In this document: positions 40,347 through 53,768 of the stretch, piece by piece | How positions within the stretch are numbered: position 1 is the first letter of the stretch | Layout of the letters: every line of letters starts with the position of its first letter | NCBI RefSeq assembly: GCF_021028975.2 | Contig: NC_059435.1 | Coordinates: 29,140,001-29,204,000, forward strand | Direction: 5' to 3' | Length of the DNA: 64,000 nt | Source of the DNA: Sphaerodactylus townsendi | Lineage: Eukaryota | Made by a program: the position numbers and the translations under genes | Notes under the pieces: model-generated | Databases searched by the model: none | What the model was told of the DNA's origin: nothing | The model's input: only the letters and a program-made list of their open reading frames with translations

Positions 40347-43300
40347 AAGAACTGTGCATGCAGTGGTTTCCCGCTCCTTCTTGATATGCTCTAGTGAATG
40401 AACCCAAGCTCACAGGAGGAATGCCTCTGAAATACCTTTTTGCTAACAAACATTCATATTAGATATTTAGTGCTCCTCTACTTGTGCCATTCATGTTTTT
40501 TTTCGGTTAGAAAATATTATGTTACTGCATGCAGATGGGATGGGTAACACTGTAATATGTGAGTAAAGAACTTCAGAAGTATGATTGATATGAATAGAAA
40601 TATATATCTTGCTCTTTTTGCATTCTTATATGTTCTGACTTTTTGTACATTTTTAATTTTCAGAAAATGGAATAATTGTGAGGGGGTTGCACATTGATTG
40701 GAATATGGGGGGGGGGAAATGGGGCTTGGAAAAATGAGACATTTCTTTAAACAGGTAGTAATGAAGCTCATTATTTTATTTTATTTTCCAAAAAGAAAAT
40801 GATAGGAAATATGCTATTGAACTAGTAACTTTGAACGAGGTTGAACAAACGTGGCCTTTGAACTAGTAATTTTCTTCTTTTTCAAACTAAACACTGTCAG
40901 TAGTTTTCTTCTTTTTCAAACTAAACACTGTCAGGGTACCTTTTAACTAACCCCACTCTTGTACCTTTATACAAAGCCCAGTGCACATAGGCTTAGTGAT
41001 GGTGAAAGGTTTACCTGCCAAATTTGTGTGTGTGTGTTTCGAACTGCTGTTAAGTGATGTCAGGACATTGGCACAATGCTGATAACTGCCCCATCTTCCC
41101 TGAGGTTTTGCTCCCACTGTCCAGCTGAGTAGTGAGACGAGCGAGTGGAGGAAGGTTAATCTCCTGCTCAATTGGGAGACCTGACTTTCCTAGGCACAAG
41201 AGCAAGGCTAGGGTTTTTTTATTTAAAAAACCCAACCACCTGACAACCCAAAGCTCATCAGTCACTTTTTCGAAATACCCATCTACTTCATTAATGAGAG
41301 TTCATAAAGAATTAATTTCTTTTCCTGTTCTTGTGAAATTGGCTTCCACGCACGGAGTTACTATTTGTCTCTAAAGAATTTCAACATAGTCTTTGTCCAA
41401 AACTGTGAATATTTATTGGAATATTATCTTTTTTCAAGGGAATTAAAACTGGTTGGGTTTTTTAAAAATGAATACCAAATAATAAAGTAATTGTCTCTTT
41501 ATCTGCTTGCAGGCTTTCCTTGTTTCGCAATGGAATGCTTTGTATTTTTCAAGCAGCCTAATCAGCCACTTGAATAGATAGAAACGAATTTTGCACAGAT
41601 ACAGAAATGTTGGTTTCATTTAGGCTACAAGGTCTCCTGACTGTACTCTTATTTTAAGTTATCAGTCCCTATTACTTGCATTGTTAGGACTGTTTTTCAC
41701 CCTCCTGTCTCCTTCTGTTTGAACTTACCTATTCTTTCCGTTCTGATCAGTATGAAAATTATTAATTTGGAATCCTCTTGCTAGAGACTCAAAATTCTCA
41801 AGTAAATACCATTGTTCCTCCTGTTGACACAGTGACTACTAACCAATAATAAAAAGATTTGAGATCCAAAATGCCATCAGTGTAATGATGAATTTGAGAA
41901 CTGTGTTCACCATAGTCTTAGACCGGCTAGGTCCCCATGAATATTTTGCTTATAGATCTGATGCATATAATACCAGAGAAGAATAAGGCAATGTTGGGCA
42001 GTTTCATTTGATTTCTCTTCAGAGCTTCTGATACTATTAAATAAATGATTGACTGTTCATAACTCTGTCTTTGTTTTAGTGGGACTTGGTAGATGAAATC
42101 TATTCCCATAAGCCACTCATTAAAAACATCAGCTGTCTCCAGCTTTGGACGCCTGCTGGGAGGGGGCTTAGAAAGTCCTTCGAAGTCAGCACAGTTGTGC
42201 TGTAGCAAGGGTGGGGAGATAGGCTCCTCTTGGTTTATAGTCTCCTATGGTCACTGTTGGTGTGTGATTAACCATTCAACTACTACATGATGCAGAGGAG
42301 ATCTGGAGAGCCAGGGCTGATTGATGAATAGCAGCAGGTTGCACTAATTAACTTCAGGAATGCAATGGAAGGATGACCACATGAGAGGTGCCAAGGAAAA
42401 TTATTTGACTCTAGGGCACCTAATTTGCATAAGGAGTCCCTCCCCAGTGATTGTGTCCAACAGTGCAAAATATGCAGACTGTCTGATAGCTAACTGACCC
42501 AGCAGCCTCATTAATGCCAAGTGTACACTGTTCCACTATGACTTTGTCATTTTCCCTGCCCTGGTATGGCTGGATTTGTCATCAAGATCAGTAGGTACTT
42601 ATGCATGCTCCAGGAGTATCTTTTTCCTGCATGCTCAGTTGGGTATATGGTTAAAAAAAATGCTCTGCAACATGCGAGGTGTGGAATCTAGTCCTGCCTC
42701 TGCTTCTTATTTTGTTGGAGTCCAGCAGATGAGCTTTGCCTTATTTCTAGGTTCCTCCTTTGTTGTATTCAAACCCTTTCCTTCTGGCTTCTCACGTGTG
42801 CTATTAGGGACATTGCAAGAATTCCTTTTGTGACTGTTCAGTTGTATACGTTATTGTTTTTTGTTACTTTGTTACTTTGTCCTTGTTCTTACACACACAC
42901 CACTTTTCAGGGCATTCTTCCCTTTCTGAGACTTGAATACTTTGGGGGGGGGGGCAACTCCTCTGCCAAGGAGGCTGTAGAGGTAAGCTGAGTTATATGG
43001 GCTGAGTGCCCATGTTTCCTTCTCTGTGTGTCCACTTGTTGTATGTATTTGCAGGAGGGGATTTACACCCCTCATCTGCAGAGCTCCTAGGAGTCTTCTT
43101 GTCACATACTGATCATGCCACAGTCCATCCTATGGGACAAAGTGCTCTATTCCCTTTATTGATTTCCATGGTGTGTGCTGTGAGTGGGTGGTGGTAGAGA
43201 AGCATGTCAGAGCGTATTGGTGACTGTGTCCATCCCTTGCAGATAAAAGGGTGTCAAAGCTCCTGTATGATTGGAGGTTGTTGGGGTGGGACTCCAGTGC

Positions 43301-43777
43301 AGTTGTCGTGATCTTACCTCATTAGATTTAATCTTTCTGACACTTCATTTCTCTGCTGAGAAAGCACAGGATACTGATTATCTATGCCAGGTTAGTGTTG
43401 AACTGCCCACGTGCTTGCAAAAGCTGAACAGATGTTAAGCTGATATCACTGAAAATTATGCAGATTGTCTAGCAAGTAGTATGGGAGTAGGGCTCAGCGA
43501 CCTTTTGTCCCTTCCTATTCTAAAGGTTGTAGCACACATCGTAGTAGTCAGAGGGAAGCTGCCCAAAATGATTACCCTATGGTGAGTCATTCCTCTATCA
43601 GCTCTAATGTCTCCAAGCATTTTTGCAAGAATATCAGCAGTCTCCTGTATGTGTCTCCACCCTGTCCTGTGTAATCACAGGGATTGCTTCTGTATAGCAG
43701 GATATCCATATTACAGCTGTGTGGCACCTGTAATTCCAGTTAGCATATCACTCAAGACAGTCAGCATACTGGTTTAA

Positions 43778-43929
43778 CCTGGGCGGAGCTGTGGCAGAGG
43801 CATGGCCAGGCCGTGGGAGGGGTGGCATTCCGAGGGCATTCTGGGGCAAGCCAGGGGCTGGCGGCGCTGCAGTAGGGGCACAGGGCACACGCGCAGTCCG
43901 GGTGCAGTTTCCCCTCGCTCCACCTCTGC
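43778..43929. mobile_element. GC-rich MITE related to ~33812-34008 and 23081-23250
   Basis: gggcacagggcacacgcgc...ttccccctcgctccacctctg is the reverse complement of the 33812 element's start. Confidence 0.55.
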
Positions 43930-44820
43930 TTTCTCCTGACAATAGTATGACTGTGTATTCTGAACTAATGGTTGTTTCTGGGCTTTCTTCAGTTCCTCAT
44001 GGAGCGCATCACTGAAGTCTAACCTTGAGATTGCAGAAGCATGGCCAGTTGAGCGCAAACAATGTCATGCGTTAAAACTCTCCCTCTTCCAAGCCAGTCC
44101 AAAGAAGTCTCCTAAGTTCCTACTTGGGCTGAGGAGATATTTGAACCTTACCTTGCTTAAGGTGGCTGGGCAGGCAACTGCTGTAGTCAAAAGCTTGTGA
44201 CTGGGAGGCAGAAATGGCCACTCTCTGCCTTCCTCATATTGGCTAGGCTGCAGAGTCATTTGGTTCTGTCCTGCCTTACGCTCCCAGAGCCTTATGCTCC
44301 ATTCAAAGGAAGAGATGAAGAAAAAGAAGTCCTGTGCTTTATTAAAAACAGGGATCAACTATTTATATATATAGTTTAAATGCCTCTGCAAATATAAGAT
44401 ACAAAAGACCAAATTACCACATTTCAGAGCAAGATGCTCTTCTAAATCACAACTTGAGCACTAATACTGCTGTTTAATGGCCATATAATTTATATTTGAG
44501 CAGGAGAAAATGCAAAAAATTGAGTTTTTCTCAGGCTTGGCTGCAACAGTGGCTGGTAATAAGAAACTGGTAACCTCAGCTTTCGCTCATGGTTTCTAAA
44601 TACAATATTTATTTAGAAACTGCATAATTTGACGCTTGGAGAGCTTTGCAAAATTCACTTGCTGCTCTAGTAGTTTATATTCCCACCTGCCACCACCAAA
44701 TAAAGCTGTATGGTTGTGGGCAGACCAGAGCTTCTTAATTTTGATTCCATCTTTGAAATCTCTTCTTTTCACTAGACAGAGAGTGTTTGTTCTTTTGTAT
44801 TACCTATGTTATGTTTTTTG

Positions 44821-44950
44821 NNNNNNNNNNNNNNNNNNNNNNNNNNNNNNNNNNNNNNNNNNNNNNNNNNNNNNNNNNNNNNNNNNNNNNNNNNNNNNNN
44901 NNNNNNNNNNNNNNNNNNNNNNNNNNNNNNNNNNNNNNNNNNNNNNNNNN
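44821..44950. other. Assembly gap (130 N)
   Basis: Run of N. Confidence 1.
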
Positions 44951-45396
44951 TCAAAATGTTAGCATTGTGAGTTATGGATTTCAAAGCTAATGCTAAATTA
45001 ATTTAGAATTAATTCAAATATGTGAAATATTTTCATAATGTTGGAAATATTTAGGAAAATCTATTTTGCCTGTGGCCTCTCCCCACCTCTCTTACTGCTC
45101 ATTCTGGCCATTTCTTTTTTCTCTGTGCGCTAATGGCAAGTTTACTGACAGGGAAGGGAAATATACTTGTGTGCATGTCTGTAAGTGCAACTTTGTGATT
45201 GGAAATATGACAAGGATTGGGAAGCTTGTCCATTGGTGTCAAAAAGAATAGATTATAATATCAATATAGCTATTGTTCTTTAAGAAAAGTAAGATGAAGA
45301 AAACAAATTGGAGTTGTCCACAGTTGAATTTGTGCAAGTCTGCATGCATTTTTTAATAGCTAGAGAATAATTTCATATAAACTGTAGTGTTTCACT

Positions 45397-45604
45397 TGGG
45401 GTTCCCAGTTCTGGGTTGGGAAATACCTTAAGATTTTGGAGGTAGAGCCTGAGGAAAGCAGAATTTAGAGAAGGGAGGAACTTGAATGGGATATAATGCC
45501 CCAGAGTCCACCTTCCAAAGCAACCATTTTCTCCAGGTGAACTGATCTCTGTCAGTTGTAATCCTAGGAGATCTTCAGTCACCCCCTGGAGAGTGGCAAT
45601 CCTA
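45397..45604. mobile_element. Uninterrupted 208-bp TAGGGTTGCCA-type hAT-like MITE
   Basis: Ends tggggttccca / tggcaatccta; perfect TSD gtttcact (45389-45396, 45605-45612). Partial relatives at ~34993-35085 and ~36215-36346. Confidence 0.88.
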
Positions 45605-46542
45605 GTTTCACTGCTATATAATGTAAGCCCATGTAGTATGAAAAGTAAGGGACAGAGAGCAGAACCCCAAGACTTTCCTATCACATTATAGGCTCATAGT
45701 GTGTAAAGATATCTCTTGATGTTTTGTTTGGCAGCTATTCTGTTTATCTAGGGATGTGCACAGATAGGCAAGTACCGGTATATCTTGGTGGTTGACATGG
45801 AAAACATACAACACATCTTCACAGGCAAAGCTGAGAAGTCTGCATTAGTTTCCTTCTCTCCACATTCTTACTGATGCTGACAAAAGCAGCTATGGTATAC
45901 CAAACTGATGATGATAGGGTAATTTACTAAAGCAGTAATTCTGTACAGAAATCCTCAGGTGTTATGTTTTCTGTTGGTTTTCCAAAGTTCTTTGCAAGAA
46001 AACTATAAGGGGGGAGAGTTGTAATGTCATTTTTCTCCTAAATAAATCACCTGAGCTCTGATGAACTGCTCGCCCCAATGCTATCTTGATCAAGTTTTCC
46101 TGAAGAAACCCAAATGGTATAGGTGAGCAGAAGATAACTTCAGGCTCATTTTTTTAAAAAAAATACGTTTTTTTAAAAAAATAGGAACTCCAAATCCTGT
46201 CAGTGGTCTGAGGCTTGCTCTCAAGGGCTAGCAGTTCGTATGGAGCTGAAGCTGCACTAAATTCAGGTCTTCCTAAGGCCAGTGTGGTATAATGCAGAAG
46301 AGCAATGAGATCTTCTTCCCAACTGAGCCAGACATTGTTAGTCTAAGTGAGGTGGTTGAGTTTCCAGCTACATCCCCTTGAAGTCTCCTCCAGGAGACTC
46401 TTGATCTTCCACATGATGGGGGTGGTAGTGGCTGTCTGTTCCTATCCCACATTTTCCAGGGCCTTTTGATTATCTGGAGTAGGAGAAACCCTTGGTCTTG
46501 ACCTAAGCTAGGCATTCTCCATAGGATTGGGAGTGCCATACT

Positions 46543-46840
46543 TGAGGAGGAGGAAGAGTTTGGATTTATATCCCACTTTTCTCAGCCATAAGGAGTCTCA
46601 AAGCAGCTTACAAACTCCTTCCCTTCCTCTCCCCACAACAGAGACCTTGTAAGGTAGGTGGAGCTGAGAGAGTTCTGAAGAACTATGACCAGCCAAAGGT
46701 CACCTAGAAGGCTTAATGTGTAAGAGCTGGGAAATAATTCAGTTCACCAGATAAGAGCCAGCTTCCCATGTGGAGGCGTGGGAATCAAACTGGTTCTCCA
46801 GATTACAGTCCACTATTCTTAACAACTAAACCACACTGGC
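46543..46840 (-). mobile_element. Squam3-like SINE
   Basis: (gag/gaa)n tail, gagtttggatttatatccc; the head ends ttaacaactaaaccacactggc. Confidence 0.82.
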
Positions 46841-47784
46841 CCTCTCTTGACAGGCAATGGCCAGCCATAAACCTGTTACATGTTATTTCAACCTTGAATT
46901 TGGATGGATATAGGCTATATGGATTGTGAAACGCTGGAGAAAATTTGCTGTATAAATCCAGACAGCAAGGTAGTTACATAAGGAGGAAGATTTTCATAAC
47001 TTACACAATCCCCAAATAAAACATTTGAAATAATGACCAATCATTTTATCATGTAATGAAAACAAAGGTTTTGAGGCTTGGGAGATATTTGCCATCCACT
47101 GAAGCAAATTTAAAATGCCTTTCCCGTGATAAATGAGGGAGAACAGGCACTTCCCTGGGGGCAGTGGTTTTAACAATGGAAGTAGACATCCATCTTTCCT
47201 GTTGCACACATTGCTCAATTATATCTTGCTTATAGCAAGGAAAGGAAGCTTCAGAAGACCTTTAGATTCTTTCATGTTTAAATTACAGTCACTGTGAGTT
47301 CTTTCTGAGGCCTGGTCTGTACATGCAGCAGAATAAGGTGGTTGATGAAGTGGTTGAGCACCAAGAGGTTAGAATGGGATGCATCCCTTTGGACTGCAGG
47401 GGATTGCATATGAAGAACCCTGCTGAATCAGTCCCGTAGTTCATCCAATTCAGCATCCTATGTTATACAGTGGCCAACCTTGGAGAACCAACAAGCAGGG
47501 CAACGAGGCCACAATTGTCTCCTGACGCTGTTCGTTGGTACTGGGGTTCAGAGATTTACTGCCTCTGCTCATAGAAGTTCCCTTTACTCCTCATGGCTAG
47601 TAGCCATTGAAGGAGCACCCCACCCCTCAACAGCCTGAGGCAAACACACAGCCAACAACAAAGGAACATCCCACACAGACAAAAGCTTCTCCAAGCCCTC
47701 AAAAAACAAATACACAAGCCCTCAAACACACACACACACCAGACCCAAAGCAACTTCATGGAGATGAAACAAGATAAGCAAATA

Positions 47785-48078
47785 AGAGGAGGAAGAGGAG
47801 GAGTTTGGATTTATATCCTCCTTTCTCTCCTGTAGGAGACTCAAAGGGGCTTACAATCTCCTTTCCCTTCCCCCTTCACAACAACACCCTGTGAGGTGGG
47901 TGGGGCTGAGAGAGCTTCGAAGAACTGTGACTAGCCCAAGGTCACCCAGCTGGTGTGTGTTGGAGTGCACAATCTAATCTGAATTCCCCAGATAAGCCTC
48001 CACAGCTCAAGCAGCAGAGCAGGGAATCAAACCCGATTCCTCCAGATTAGAATACACCTGCTCTTAACCACTATGCCA
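47785..48078 (-). mobile_element. Squam3-like SINE, full length
   Basis: Reverse complement of 27122-27425 along its whole length. Confidence 0.87.
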
Positions 48079-49339
48079 GTTTTATATAATTTATATAATT
48101 TATGTTTTCCGGGGGTCGGGTCATACTTTTGTCTTTTCTCTTTAAAAAATATTTTAGCATTAAAAATGAAAAGGGCAACCATTTGGCACCATCTTAATTA
48201 CAAAATTAAAATGATTTTAGCCCAAATCCTAATGTTTTGCAGTCTCTCTTTAAAACATGGATTTAGAACAGTCTCAACCTTATAGAAGTCACTAGGCTAC
48301 TTGATTTTTATAGCAGTAAATTGCTGTTGCTTCACTAAAGCTTATGCCTTCACATTCTGACAACTTAACTTCTATTGTCTTTATCTAAAAATAATTCTAG
48401 CCTTCTTTGAAATTTTGGAAAATGTGCAAATGTAATAATTTAAAAATAGGGTTTGAAATTTCATTTTCTCTTTTGGCAATGTTGGTTGCTATGGTGTTCA
48501 AGTAATAGGTTGTGATTTTTAACACTGAATTAATTACTACTTCTCACTCACAGAGAACATCTAATTATACATATTCATGAAAAACACTGTTTGGTATTCC
48601 TGTGGGAGAAAGAGACTATTTTTTGTGTTATGTGTACTGCATCTGCTTTAATACATGCCTCTCTTTTTACAGACTCTGTTTCCAAGTTTCAAATTGTACA
48701 TCACTTCAGAAAACTTTGTAGAGCAGACTAGTGATTCAGTCCTGTGCTCAGAATTATATATGTCAGGACAGAATCAGAACTAAACCAATTATGAGGTCAT
48801 GTTGCTGTTTACTGTACCAAAAGGTGATTTATGCATCAGCGTTTACAGCACTGTAACTTTAAGAATGAATTAGTTATGATGTCATAACACAGTTCCCATC
48901 TCACTAATGAGGACAGTGGGGCAGAAATGGGAAGTATTGAGAATATACTGAGGAAAAGTAGAGTACTGGCCAACGTACTCTTAAAAGGCAGTCTTGCAGG
49001 ATCAAGAAATTTGCACCCTCAGTCCTCATTTACTCCCTGTTATTGTCAAGTAAAAACTTTGCCTGGCTGCAATATTGTTTGGTTGTGGTGTAGCTTCACA
49101 TATGGGAGTTTTCCTATTCCTGCTTTTACTTACTTGTACCAGCTTCAGAAGTTGATCTTCCAATTAATACAATACTTGTAGGTTCTCCAACTTCTGAACG
49201 CCTCAGTATCAAAGGAGGAAGAATCCTACCAGTCCACAAGCTCCATGTTCTTAGTCATTTAAACCCTATAATTGTAATTTCTGCTATAAGCAGAAATAGG
49301 AAGACATGGATAATTTATCATCTGAAACAATCTGCGTTG

Positions 49340-49530
49340 TATTGTGGAAGAATTTCATGGCCGGAATCACTAGGATGTTGTGGGTTTTCCAGATTGTATG
49401 GCCGTGTTCCAGTAGTGTACTCTCCTGATGTTTTGCCTGCATCTGCGGCCAGCCACAGATGTAGGTGAAACATCAGGAGAGAATACAACTGGAACATGGT
49501 CATACAACCCGGAAAACCCACAACATCCTA
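49340..49530. mobile_element. Penelope-like inverted terminal remnant
   Basis: Same family as 11746-11985; ~75-bp inverted arms within 49371-49530; approximate TSD aatctgcgttg/aatctccattg. Confidence 0.8.
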
Positions 49531-51394
49531 ATCTCCATTGGTCAATCAACATGCAACTATATACAGACTAGGCAAAGTAACTGTTCCAGGGGTTTAAGGG
49601 AAGTATAGATTGTTGAGTGAGGCCATCACATGCTTCCACTAAGCACCTGGGACACTTGCTTAGATATTCATTTAGATCATGTCTTGGTCTCTAATTGCTG
49701 TAACTGAGTGAGTTGATAGTACATTAATTTCAATGGTCCAGATCTGTCTATTCATGTAGTTACAGACTTCTTCACAGCTTTTGCCCTCCATCATCCATTT
49801 GTTGCTGTCACTTCCAATTGTTGAAAGGCACACAATTTAAAAAAGAAAGGGTTTTTTTTGTTGAGGTTCACCACTTGGATGTTTTCATCTGCCCTCTTCT
49901 ACCAAAATTCAGTTTTACCCATGAACATAGCTGACTAAAACTGTGATTCTTGTGATCACTTCCAAGCTGTAGATGCAAAAAAGGAAGGGGAATGTATCCA
50001 CTGTAGGATTCTTTAAAGGACCTGTCCAAATGCACATGCACAAAGAGGGAGTAGATTGCAACTGATTCTGTGCTTGACAAATAGGTCACTTTATTAACCC
50101 AGCCGAGACCCTAGGAGATATGTACCTCTTCTCCGGTGATCAAGAAGATCTAGTCAGCAGACAGTGCAAGTGCAAAAACAGCTGCAAATTGGAACACAAA
50201 TTTGTCACTTATTTCCAAGGCATGATGGTGGGCAGCAATACTCTGTAGCACAAGTGGCACTTGTCATTGCGGCACTCAAGATAAATTTTGATTTCAAAGC
50301 ATCAAAGCAATCCAATCAGGAGCTCATCTCGCATGTAAGCGAGAGAGTTCAATCATGCTAAATTCACCTGGCAATCACATTCATGCGACAATGCACAGAA
50401 TCTCTGCTAAATGCCATTTTCTAGGAAATGCCTGTCCAGGAATGAACTTGAGAACCTCTTCTTCACCAAGCCCATGCTGTTTCCACAGTGCAACAGCATC
50501 GTCTTTCATGCTCTGTGGGTTCCGCTACAAAGATCCCATAGTGAAGTTTTCATTGATCAGCTCCAGTGATTAATGTTGATCTATGGAGTGGGTAGAGTTG
50601 GTCCTCCTAAACCTGTTACCCGGTTTTCCATCTCAAAATAGTAATGCTTCTAACTGGTTCTCTCAGAGGTAAAATTGGTCTTGCTGTATCTGGATGACTG
50701 TTTCCCAGAACTGGACAAATCTTGTATTCATTTCCATCTGCAGGTTGTCTCTTCATGTTGTTAGTAGATTTTATAAAAACAGCAGTGGCTTCTGTTTATT
50801 TGCTTTCATATTGTCTTTAATGCCATGCTAATAAGCAAGGGGGAAAACATTTTGTTTCTAAACATTACAGAGGAGTGTTACAACCTAGAGTACAGGCAGT
50901 TGCCAGTGCCACCTCACCCCCTGGTTATAGGTTGTGGCCCTTCTATGTGAGGCTCTGCCTTTGGAAATGTGGGAAACCTTTACTCCTGTTTGACTGGTGC
51001 CTGCTTTTTCTCAGCTTGCAGCACTGGATTAAGTGGTTCATATTTACTTGGACATTTGATTAATTGTGCTGGTCTGTTCCCCCCCCCCCCCCCGATTTTA
51101 TTTACTCCCTTCCCTTCTCCCCCTTCTGGGTAAAGAGTTGCCATTTTAAATTCTGTCTGTTTTGGCTTTATTGCCAATCTGATATGCTGCTGACGCTGGG
51201 TGCGTTTATGGATTCATGAATTTACTGATGTTTTTATATTTGTTGTTTGGTGCTTTGGGAGCCTAGTGAGTGAAAGTTAGCACATAGATTTTCTAAATAA
51301 ACCAGATATTAATTTTTTTTTTCTGGCTAGCCAAAACGTAAGAAAATCTGTCAGCATAATCTTTCTCCTGGTAAGTTTTTTTTTGTCTGGTAGT

Positions 51395-51580
51395 AAATCC
51401 AGATTAGCCTGACCACATCAAATCTCAAAAGCTAAGCATGGTTGGCCCTGCTCAGTATTTGGATGGGAGAATGCCAAGGAAGTTCATGGTCGTGATGTGA
51501 AGGTAGACAATGGCAAACCACCTCAGAGTATCTCTTGTCTTGAAAACCCCACAGGTCACCTGTGACTTAATGGCAAAAAA
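51395..51580 (+). mobile_element. 5S rRNA-derived SINE, second copy
   Basis: atctcaaaagctaagcatggttggccctgctcagtatttggatgggaga followed by the aatggcaaaccacctc tail. Confidence 0.8.
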
Positions 51581-51739
51581 AGAGAAAAATGTCTCTGTTG
51601 AGGCTGTCTTGCAAGGATCTCTTTAACTAAAGAGCCCTGTACGTTGGGTTGGATCTTAACTACTGCACATTTTTTCCCATATTCCCCTGCCCCAGCAGTC
51701 CCTTCTGACTGAAAAGTACATTCCTAGGGTACATAGGAC

Positions 51740-51840
51740 CAGTGGTGGGATTCAGCAGGTTCGCACCACTTTGACAGAACCGGTTGTTAAAATGGTGCTT
51801 GTAAACAACCAGTTGTTAAATTATTTGAATCCCACCACTG
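51740..51840. mobile_element. 101-bp hAT MITE
   Basis: Perfect 15-bp TIR cagtggtgggattca / tgaatcccaccactg; perfect TSD cataggac. Confidence 0.93.
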
Positions 51841-52083
51841 CATAGGACCCACCTGGATTAACAGACGTGTAGGTGTGGCTGGAGGGGGGAGGGAAAGGAG
51901 GTAAAAATGCCCACCCTCTCTTTCCTGTCACTGAAGCTTTCCTGATGGAAGAAAAAGGAGAGGCTGATGCTTCCTCCTCCTTCCTGCCAGCTGCTTGGCA
52001 GAAGAGAGAGTGAAGAAGCAAAGGGTACTTCAGTATGTTGGGTGAAGAATAACCCACTCCCGTTATATGGTCGATGTCTTAGT

Positions 52084-52185
52084 CAGGGATGGCCAACCTA
52101 TGGTGCTCCAGATTTTCATGGATTACAATTCCCACCAACCCCTGCCAGCATGGACATCTGGAGTGCCATAGGTTGGCCATCCCTG
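52084..52185. mobile_element. Hairpin hAT MITE (internally deleted)
   Basis: TIR cagggatggccaacctatgg / ccataggttggccatccctg; TSD-like tcttag on both sides. Confidence 0.85.
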
Positions 52186-53089
52186 TCTTAGGTCATGATA
52201 CACAAAATGTTATCCACATCATCCTTGACTACTAACTCTGCCTCCTTTATGCACAGCTTCTATCAGCCCCTCTAATGTACCCACACTGTAAAAAAAACTG
52301 TTTTCTGATTAATATTTCAAAGTGATGTTAAGCGTCAAATTTAATCTCACTTGAACGTACTCAAATGTGGAAGCCAGCTGCAATGAAGATAGTCATTAGT
52401 TTCTAAAGTGCTTTCAGGAAGGAAAATATGCTAAGAAAAGGAATGAAAATGTTTAATTATGTGAAAAGCCTATGTTGTATTTAATATTTAAACCAATAAG
52501 TGGTTATGCCGTTTGTGCTGCCAAATACATGATTTTAGTTGCATATTAATACAACTAAAATTGCATCCGATTTTGCTAATGTATTCTCCCATTTGGTTAA
52601 AAGTGGAGAGAAATGTTGAGCTGTTCTTGTTAACAGGTTTGCAGATCTTTGGGAACAGGATTTTGTTGTTGTTGTTACATTTCAGTCTTGATGGCTTAGG
52701 GCAGGTCTCCATAATAATAAATACACTGTGACTGTGTAATTCTTTGCCGAATGATTGAACCCTTAATAAGATGAAACTAGATTAAGTTTTTCCAGTTTAA
52801 AATCTCTCCCCTAATCATAAATATTATTATTTATTCTGCTGCATGTAACGCCTATCAAAATTCATTCGCATGATGATCATAAATCATTTGTATGGCCTTT
52901 TTCAGAATACAAATGCTTTTAAATTAAGTGTGAGGTAGATTAGATTAGACTGAGGTCACAAACCTTTTTTAAATGATAGATACTTCTAAGTAATGAAAAA
53001 TATCCCATGCTACTTATTTCCCTCCCCTGGCATGTTCTCTCACTTTCTAAACACCATTGACATAACTTTGGTTCAAACCTGCATCTTCC

Positions 53090-53768
53090 TAAGGTTGCCA
53101 ACCTAAAGGTGGAGCCAGGAGAGCTTTGCTATTACAACTGATCTCCAGACAAGGGACATCTGTTTCCTTGAAGAAAATGACTGCTTTGGAGCAGTGGCGT
53201 ACAGGGTCCAAATGGCGCCCGGAAACAAAAAACCCACCGGGCGCCCCCCCGCCCCGTGGAGTCCCACTTACTTGTAAGTACCGCAGTGCTTACTCGCACA
53301 GCACCTCGTCCCCCTCACTTACTTACCCTTTCCTTTCCCCACTGGCTCTGTGGCTTGGCTTCAGGGAAGCTGCTTCTCAGGCAGCCTGTCTCTATGACTT
53401 TCTTAAAAGGGCAATGTTCCAAAGATTGCTTAAGAAAGTCATAGAGACAGGTTGCCCGAGAAGCAGCTTCCCTGAAGCCGAACCTCACAGCTTGTGGGGA
53501 AAGGAAAGGGTAAGTGAATGAGGGGGCCGGGTGGCGATGGTGGCAGCGGCAGGTGGGTGGGGTGGGCAGGAGCCTGCTGGGCATCCCCACAGGCGTGCGC
53601 CTGGCATCATGGGTGGCCCTAGGTCTCCATAGGTGGTACTATACTGCTTTGGAGAGTGAACTGTGCGGCACTATACCCTGTGAGGTCCATCTTCTCCCCA
53701 AACTCTATCCTTCCCAGGCTCTGCCCCCAAATCTCTAGGTACTTTCTGCCCCAGAGTTGGCAAGCCTA
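53090..53768. mobile_element. TAGGGTTGCCA-type MITE hosting a 455-bp insert
   Basis: Ends taaggttgcca / tggcaagccta. Confidence 0.8.
53192..53646. mobile_element. GC-rich hAT-like element with long internal inverted repeat
   Basis: Ends cagtggcgtac / gtactatactg; perfect TSD ctttggag (53184-53191, 53647-53654). Confidence 0.85.
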
